Below the pieces are notes generated by a model. The model saw only the letters and a list, made by a program, of their open reading frames with translations. It did no database searches and was not told where the DNA came from. 64,000 bases of DNA from Escherichia phage CMS-2020a: the sequence record CP053388.1. The stretch is one strand, 5' to 3'. The first letter of the stretch is position 1, and each line of letters opens with the position of its first letter. The translations under genes and the position numbers were made by a program. This document shows positions 58,237 through 64,000 of the stretch, one piece after another.

Positions 58237-58806
58237 TCAAATGAGAGACTTAAGAACATCGCGCACCTGGCGGAACTGATCTGTTTGCATACCGGTATGG
58301 ATGGCAGCCACCGCATCAGCCAAATGTTCGTTTTTGTTCACGAGAACATCCTGTCCAGATTGCTTACGACGCAGCCACGGTGCTTTAGGGTGTTTTTTCG
58401 TAGCCCACTGGATAATCTCTTCTTTCGATGTAGTAAGTTTATTGCCGACAAAATGCTTAATTTCGTTTGGAGTAACCTGGATCAATGGCTTATCCACACA
58501 CGCAAGTACACCGATACAAATACCGTAAGACGTCTGCGAACGAGAGCTTTGGCTCCCAACCGGTAGCTCACAAAAAACCATATTTGCCTTATCAATGATT
58601 GGCTTCGCAACACGCCATATTTCACTGGCTCGGCGCAGATCGTCACTGTTCACACGAACGGTCTTTTTGTTACTCCCCGCTTTAGTCTCAACAAGAGTAA
58701 GGCCGTGAATCTCAAGTTCGTCCGTCTCAAGGTCTAAAGTGCCCACAGCAAGCCCAAAGTTGCTCATTGAGGGATCAACACCAACTACGCTGATTTTTTT
58801 ACTCAT
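58237..58806 (-). CDS. RuvC-like Holliday junction resolvase (putative)
   Basis: VGVDPSMSNFGLAV N-terminal Asp motif, internal acidic residue (CELPVG), C-terminal ADAVAAIHTG as in RuvC-fold resolvases. Confidence 0.6.
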   Translation of the reverse strand: MSKKISVVGVDPSMSNFGLAVGTLDLETDELEIHGLTLVETKAGSNKKTVRVNSDDLRRASEIWRVAKPIIDKANMVFCELPVGSQSSRSQTSYGICIGVLACVDKPLIQVTPNEIKHFVGNKLTTSKEEIIQWATKKHPKAPWLRRKQSGQDVLVNKNEHLADAVAAIHTGMQTDQFRQVRDVLKSLI

Positions 58807-58815
58807 ATAGTCTCC

Positions 58816-59559
58816 TTACCATGTTCCCCATATAGGGTTTTCCAATAATCTCGCCTCCAACGAATTGGTTACTATTGCCGTTTGCAACGTTGGTTGGGGA
58901 GAGTTTGCAAAGTCTGAATACTCATTTTCCTGCGTGACACGTTTATCTACGGCATGTTTAACGCCACTTGCTATGAAATGACGCATGATGCCCAACAGCC
59001 TCCGACTGTCTGCACTATCGTTTGCTAAAACATGCGGGAGCTGAAGTTCGATTTCTACCATTTCTCCATACTTACCAACAAACTGTAGTTTGTCCGCACT
59101 GTACTTTTTATCCCTCCTTTGGATAAGGAAACCAGTAAAAGCATCACCTGGCGATGCCAAACTATCCACCCGCTTATTGGCAAGTCGAATAAGGTTCGTG
59201 AAAGCCATACAGTGATGCGCACCCATTCCCCCAAAGAACCCTTCGCTATTAATGTTAAGATCTTCATTTTCATGGGATGCAATAAACCCAGGCCCGACGT
59301 TGGGAAGATATCCCCCCTCAACAAAAGGATTAATCAGGATCGGCGCAATACATCCAGGTGGTAGTGATTTCAAACTTTGCATCAATGGCGTCTCGGATAT
59401 TAGACCAAGCAACGCGGCAAATTGTACTCCGTCAATATTGTTGCTGCCCCACAGAATACGTGGAGCCGCACCATTGGAAGTATGCCCATTGATCAGTTTT
59501 ATCGACTGCATCACTGCAAATACCTGCAAAAACTGCGAGCGGCTTAATTTAAACGACAT
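58816..59559 (-). CDS. Hypothetical protein
   Basis: 247 aa ORF between the resolvase-like and SbcC-like genes. Confidence 0.45.
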   Translation of the reverse strand: MSFKLSRSQFLQVFAVMQSIKLINGHTSNGAAPRILWGSNNIDGVQFAALLGLISETPLMQSLKSLPPGCIAPILINPFVEGGYLPNVGPGFIASHENEDLNINSEGFFGGMGAHHCMAFTNLIRLANKRVDSLASPGDAFTGFLIQRRDKKYSADKLQFVGKYGEMVEIELQLPHVLANDSADSRRLLGIMRHFIASGVKHAVDKRVTQENEYSDFANSPQPTLQTAIVTNSLEARLLENPIWGTW

Positions 59560-61465
59560 AGCTGCGCCCCTCTTTAACTTCCAGCGTAATAGTTTCCCGG
59601 AACCATGACTTCATCTCTTTATGGGAGATAATCAGCACAGTACCTCGCTCGCGAGCTTTGGACTCCAGAATACCCATGAGGCGTTCAAGACCGGCTGTAT
59701 CGAGTGCATCGTCAATTTCGTCGCCGATAAACAAATCGATGTTTTTACTCGCCCGGTTACTAACCAGATCCTGCAATGCCAAAGAACACGCAATGCGAAC
59801 CTTCCGCTTCTCACCACCAGAGAGGGTCTGGAACGACTTACTTGAACCTTTCTTCTGCACACTAATGTTGAATTTGTCGCGATACTCACCTTTTTTGGTG
59901 ACATCCATCGTCGACCACTCAGCAGTAATATTCCCGTCAGACAACGTATTGAGATACTCGGCAGTGCGTGTATTCAGGAAAGGCGTAACAGACGTCAAAA
60001 TATGAGAACGCACCCCGGCAGGAGAGTAGACCTGACGAGCTTTTTCCAATAGCAACGTTTGTTCCTGAATAGCCTTCAACTCATCTTTTAAGGACTTGAA
60101 GGTAGACTTACTGGATACCAAGTTATCTTCGTGTCTGGCGATAAGAGCAATAAACGGATTAATCTCTTTTGATATACGATCGACCTCAGTACGAGCACGA
60201 GTCACAAGAGACTCAATAGCAACAACCTCCTTCTCACGATGACGCAAAGATGAGAGTTGTTTCGTAAGCTCTTCAATCCGGGCAATGATAGCCGTTACAT
60301 CAGGTGTCGTTTTAACAAGGGCAGACTCAATGCTTAACGCTTTCTCAAGATTCGTTTTGTGTTTAGCCATTGCCTCTGCAAGTGTCTTCGCCTGACCAAT
60401 TTCCTGACGTGCTTGTTCAATGAAATTCTCCTTCACCGTTGATAGATCTTCTTCGCAGTAGGCTTTGCCACAAGTAGGGCATGGTGATCCCACTTTAGTA
60501 CCAACCTCTTCTGCTTTGGTCTTAAAATTACGCGCGCGGTTCATTGCATCAGCCTGACTATTTTCTGTAGCTTTGATGCTTGCCCGAATATCAGTTATCG
60601 CACCACGAACTTTGAGCAACTTGGCGTCATGTTCTTCTTTTGAGGCTAACTTTTTGCGCTCACTTTCGATTGCCTTCTCGGTATCACGGATCTGTTCGGG
60701 AAGAGTGCGGATCTCAAGTTCAACTTCCGTTAACTCAACTTCGGCACTGGCCAGCCCAGCCAGGGCATCGTCATAACGTTTAGAACGCTCTTGCTCCCAT
60801 GATTCAGAGGAGGCTTTCGCTGACTCAATTTCTGACTGTGTTGCCTCAATGGTCGAGATTGTCGACTCCAATTTGGTTTTAACCACATCCATACGTGCGG
60901 CAGCTGCATTAGCTCGCTCACGAGCAATAGCGTAGGCGCGTGTCAGTCTGTCAACGCCAGCGGCTTCTTCTACGATGGTTTTGAGGTTTTTGTCGGACAT
61001 TCCAGGTAAATCTGGCATAGCTTCTTGGCTCGCATAGATGGAAGCCATGAAAACCTCTTTAGATGCACCGATCAGACGCTCGACGAACTCTTGCGTCAGC
61101 GCATCTTTGCCTTTCGTCATATCGCCGTCTTCACCACGAACGATAAGCCGATTTTTGAACTCTTTGTGTTTACGGTGACGAATGATCGCATATCTCTTGC
61201 CTTCATCCTCGATGGTTACTGCAACACGACAGTTCTTTTCATGGTCGGTAGACAACACATCGTCACCCTTCACACCATGAGCTGTTTCGCCATAAAGACA
61301 CCACATCAGGCTATTCATTAGCGTTGACTTTCCAGAGCCATTACTTGATGCGGAACTATCATCACTATTAACACCCTGAATGAGCACTAAACCACGCTGA
61401 TCTAACTCGACCTCCGCGCTGGCGATAGCCATAAAATTCTCAACCTGGAGCTTTAAAAACTTCAT
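59549..61465 (-). CDS. sbcC: SbcC/Rad50-like recombination ATPase
   Basis: Walker A NGSGKST, long coiled coil with central CPTCG hook-like motif, signature LSGGEKRKV, Walker B LFIGDEIDDALD. Confidence 0.9.
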   Translation of the reverse strand: MKFLKLQVENFMAIASAEVELDQRGLVLIQGVNSDDSSASSNGSGKSTLMNSLMWCLYGETAHGVKGDDVLSTDHEKNCRVAVTIEDEGKRYAIIRHRKHKEFKNRLIVRGEDGDMTKGKDALTQEFVERLIGASKEVFMASIYASQEAMPDLPGMSDKNLKTIVEEAAGVDRLTRAYAIARERANAAAARMDVVKTKLESTISTIEATQSEIESAKASSESWEQERSKRYDDALAGLASAEVELTEVELEIRTLPEQIRDTEKAIESERKKLASKEEHDAKLLKVRGAITDIRASIKATENSQADAMNRARNFKTKAEEVGTKVGSPCPTCGKAYCEEDLSTVKENFIEQARQEIGQAKTLAEAMAKHKTNLEKALSIESALVKTTPDVTAIIARIEELTKQLSSLRHREKEVVAIESLVTRARTEVDRISKEINPFIALIARHEDNLVSSKSTFKSLKDELKAIQEQTLLLEKARQVYSPAGVRSHILTSVTPFLNTRTAEYLNTLSDGNITAEWSTMDVTKKGEYRDKFNISVQKKGSSKSFQTLSGGEKRKVRIACSLALQDLVSNRASKNIDLFIGDEIDDALDTAGLERLMGILESKARERGTVLIISHKEMKSWFRETITLEVKEGRSYVV

Positions 61466-61694
61466 ATAACACCTTTGATACCGTGTGTTAGCTTTTGACC
61501 TTCTTTCAATCTGAACTCCGTATGCGCCGGGAAGGATCTGCGCCTCAATACGCCTTTTCTGGTTAACCTTCCAAGATAAAACGCTACGGGATTTCCTTGT
61601 GGCGGGTAGGGCTTGTGAAACATCACCGTCTGGCCTCGTTCAAGTCTTTTCATCGTGATGGCAAAGTCTCGAAAGCTCCCATAACGACTTTGCC

Positions 61695-62780
61695 TCACAC
61701 AGCCTCCGAACTCTCCGCTTCGGTGAGGATTTCCTGACACAAAATATCCAACTTGCTCAGATCAAATCCGCCGTCAGTATCGTGGACAATCTTGCAATAA
61801 GCAGATACCGACTCTCCCAGGCTATCGATTTTGCTGGTTTCCGTTGTGCTTGCTGTCCCTTCCATCATTGATGACTTACGGATGAAGTTGCACACGACAC
61901 CTTTTGCACCCATTGTTTTGAGGATGTTCTGGTACTTAATGCCTTCTTCATCGTTCTCAATTACGGCGCGGAAACGCACGTAGTTGCCGCGAATTTGGTC
62001 ATCGGCAACATAATCTTCCAGGTTAATGAATTTAGGCGCACTGGTTTCGTAGTGACTGAAACTGCCGTCCGGGTTTACGATCATGTAACCAGCCAGAGAT
62101 CCAACATCTCCCCAATTTTGATGGGTCAGCGCACCGACACTGATAACTCCAGGAATGACCTCTTTGTGGTTGTGGTAATGCCCACTAAGCACGAGACGAA
62201 AGCCGATATCCTTTAACTCCTGCGCATCGATACCGACGTCAGGCATTGTTGGAATGGCTTTGTTAATGGATGTATGGATAACAACGTCATGATTATCACC
62301 TTCTACACTCTTACGTAATGCTTTCAGATCGCTGATAAGCTCCGCATGATTGTTACGCCAGCTAATCAGGTGGACAGTCACATCACCAATTTTTATTGAG
62401 TGTGGGCGTTTGCCACATACGATTACCACGCCGATAGAACTCAGCGATGCTGCTGCGTTGGCGCTATATACTGAATCGTTGGTTTCAAGATCGTGATTAC
62501 CGGCCAGCATTACTACTGTCAGATCAAGCTCGTTGATAATCCACTTGTACGTTTCAGTTACGTAATGCAAAACAGAAGGGGACACAGTTCCTCGGACGTG
62601 AAATGTATCACCGGCAACCAACATGTACTTACAACCGGCCTTCTTCATGGCGATGGCTGCTTCTTTCGTTGCTTCCAACTGTATTTCAAGTCTGGAGTTA
62701 AGCCCCTCTGCGTTCGTCGTGGAGAACGCATCCCATTTGTGGTAGTGGCAGTCAGAAATGACGCCGTATGGCAAAGTCAT
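61695..62780 (-). CDS. sbcD: SbcD/Mre11-like nuclease (calcineurin-like phosphoesterase)
   Basis: Phosphoesterase motifs LVAGDTFH, MLAGNHD, SGHYHNH; motif B at 62893-62916. Confidence 0.85.
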   Translation of the reverse strand: MTLPYGVISDCHYHKWDAFSTTNAEGLNSRLEIQLEATKEAAIAMKKAGCKYMLVAGDTFHVRGTVSPSVLHYVTETYKWIINELDLTVVMLAGNHDLETNDSVYSANAAASLSSIGVVIVCGKRPHSIKIGDVTVHLISWRNNHAELISDLKALRKSVEGDNHDVVIHTSINKAIPTMPDVGIDAQELKDIGFRLVLSGHYHNHKEVIPGVISVGALTHQNWGDVGSLAGYMIVNPDGSFSHYETSAPKFINLEDYVADDQIRGNYVRFRAVIENDEEGIKYQNILKTMGAKGVVCNFIRKSSMMEGTASTTETSKIDSLGESVSAYCKIVHDTDGGFDLSKLDILCQEILTEAESSEAV

Positions 62781-63034
62781 GTGTTTTTCCTTTGTGGTTA
62801 TTTTGATACAAATTTTAAGAGCAATGAGAAGGTAAACAACTATGCATAACGGTATGTTATGAATGAAACGAGCGCCTTAATATACAAAATTTATAAGTAA
62901 GTATATACCTATTTATTGTGGCGCAACTTTGCTTGTCTGTATGACTAAAAATAAGACAGGATCACTGTAGAACGCTATGAGAGCTATTTTGAGGAGGCGT
63001 AGATTCTATCTACGCCAATATACGATCTGGAGGG

Positions 63035-63679
63035 TTACAGCGCGTCAGTGGGCTTTTTACGCGCTGCGTTTATGCTTATGACGCCAGCTTTTGGACGTGG
63101 GTCAACAAGGTTAAGCTCTTCTTCGCTGTGGTATTCGAGGTCGAACTCACGTTTTACATGTCTGATGTAGATTGCGGTGAGCAGGCTATCTTTGGTCAGA
63201 AAGTGTCCGTAGGATTTGCGGATCACTTCTTCTACCTTCTCGATTTTCTCACCACCCATACAGAGATGATTAAACCGGCTGTGTTTCCGCAACATTTCGT
63301 CTACTGGGCCTGAGTAAACCTTGTCTACTTTCCCAAAACGGATGATTTTCCCTGTGTCTGCGGATACGAGGCAAATCAGCTTGTCTGGTGATAAACGATC
63401 TCGCCACGTCACACCTGAACGGAGTGTGTTGAAGTAGGGGGCATCCAATCCGATGATCGGTTTACGAAATGCGAGTAATGGAACGTACCTGATGCAACTG
63501 TTTAAATGAAAATTCACACCAGCCTTATCAAGTTTAATTCTGGTTTCGTAGATCGGGCACTTCGCCGCTATACCGCAGATGTCACAAAGCAACTTCTGCT
63601 TATTCAGGTTGGAATTTGATTCGATAGTGTAGGAGCCGTCTTCAAGACGACGAACCCAGCGCGTGCGTTTTAGATCCAT
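63035..63679 (-). CDS. Hypothetical protein with Cys-rich putative zinc-binding segment
   Basis: 214 aa; CDICGIAAKCPIY...C pattern; function unknown. Confidence 0.45.
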   Translation of the reverse strand: MDLKRTRWVRRLEDGSYTIESNSNLNKQKLLCDICGIAAKCPIYETRIKLDKAGVNFHLNSCIRYVPLLAFRKPIIGLDAPYFNTLRSGVTWRDRLSPDKLICLVSADTGKIIRFGKVDKVYSGPVDEMLRKHSRFNHLCMGGEKIEKVEEVIRKSYGHFLTKDSLLTAIYIRHVKREFDLEYHSEEELNLVDPRPKAGVISINAARKKPTDAL

Positions 63680-63765
63680 ATGTCATTTTTCTGTGATTGT
63701 TAGCCGAGGCAACGATAACCCACCAGGTGCGCCGAAGGTAGTAAATGCCTGTTTTAATTATTCAC

Positions 63766-63774
63766 ATATCCACA
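63766..63774. promoter_or_regulatory. DnaA box-like site
   Basis: ATATCCACA, 8 of 9 match to TTATCCACA, directly before the GATC cluster. Confidence 0.45.
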
Positions 63775-63779
63775 GGATA

Positions 63780-63838
63780 GATCCTAATAAAGAGATCCAT
63801 AGATAGATCCTTATATAGATCAAATAAGATCCCCGATC
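63780..63838. repeat. GATC cluster (six Dam sites in 59 bp) in AGATCC-type short repeats
   Basis: GATC at 63780, 63794, 63806, 63818, 63828, 63835. Confidence 0.7.
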
Positions 63839-63880
63839 GCTGTAAGCCGCGCCACGACTGGTCTAAAGTCATGTTCATGT

Positions 63881-63980
63881 ATGCTGTCAGCGGTAATTGA
63901 TAGTCTGTCAGCGGTTCACCGTATGCTGCCAACTGTTTTTGGTATTCTGTCAGCGGCAAATCAAGTATGCTGTCAGCGGT
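63881..63980. repeat. Iteron array, type 2 (TGTCAGCGG core)
   Basis: atgctgtcagcggt (63881), gtctgtcagcggt (63904), degenerate gtatgctgccaac (63921), ttctgtcagcggc (63946), atgctgtcagcggt (63967); 21-22 bp spacing; array may continue past the window end. Confidence 0.65.
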
Positions 63981-64000
63981 TGAATGACAAAGGTGTCCAC

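Noticed and set aside
63762-63959. 65-aa ORF across the GATC and iteron region; also considered whether the iterons are a CRISPR array
   Set aside because: The ORF is made of repeat DNA. Repeats are only 9-14 bp with irregular 21-43 bp spacing and no cas genes, unlike CRISPR; origin iterons fit better.
1-64000. Assignment to phage T5 (Demerecviridae), first suggested by the nrdAB, thyA, DHFR, dNMP kinase, RNase H and SbcCD-like genes
   Set aside because: Structural genes are lambda-like (separate scaffold and about 290-aa capsid; V, G/T, tape measure, M, L, K, I, J), and ParB-like genes, a UmuD' analog with LexA box and a plasmid-type origin point to a temperate phage-plasmid instead. Needs BLAST confirmation.

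Overview
No similarity search was run; all calls rest on reading the translated ORFs and the DNA, and every family name is recalled from memory. The window reads as one tailed-phage or phage-plasmid genome segment (siphovirus type with a lambda-like tail tip), with almost all genes on the minus strand. Layout: (1) 1-17761, late structural module in lambda-like order on the minus strand (terminase small/large, portal, scaffold, capsid, Ig-like decoration protein, connector proteins, tail tube, G/T chaperones, tape measure, M, L, K, I, start of J). (2) 17957-21377, a tightly coupled six-gene operon with two ParB-like proteins and a minimal ABC-type ATPase. (3) 21442-26053, a plus-strand block with an SF2 helicase, a lipoprotein and secreted-protein cassette, and an AT-rich three-gene moron with its own promoter and terminators. 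(4) 26260-30860, a repeat-rich, mostly non-coding regulatory region with iteron-like arrays and small genes. (5) 32106-35397, an enterobacterial-type metG-apbC pair embedded between phage promoters, followed by a LexA-box-controlled UmuD'-like gene. (6) 36620-62780, early genes: a ClpX zinc-finger-like protein, two N6-adenine methyltransferases, RNase H, a DnaQ-like exonuclease, dNMP kinase, DHFR, thymidylate synthase, MazG-like protein, NrdA/NrdB, RuvC-like resolvase and SbcC/SbcD-like nuclease. (7) 63766-64000, a plasmid-type origin signature (DnaA box, six GATC sites, 21-22 bp iterons). Two palindromic motifs recur upstream of many genes. The architecture recalls SSU5/pHCM2-like phage-plasmids, but that is an unverified hypothesis. 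No tRNA, rRNA, CRISPR array, integrase or transposase was recognised.
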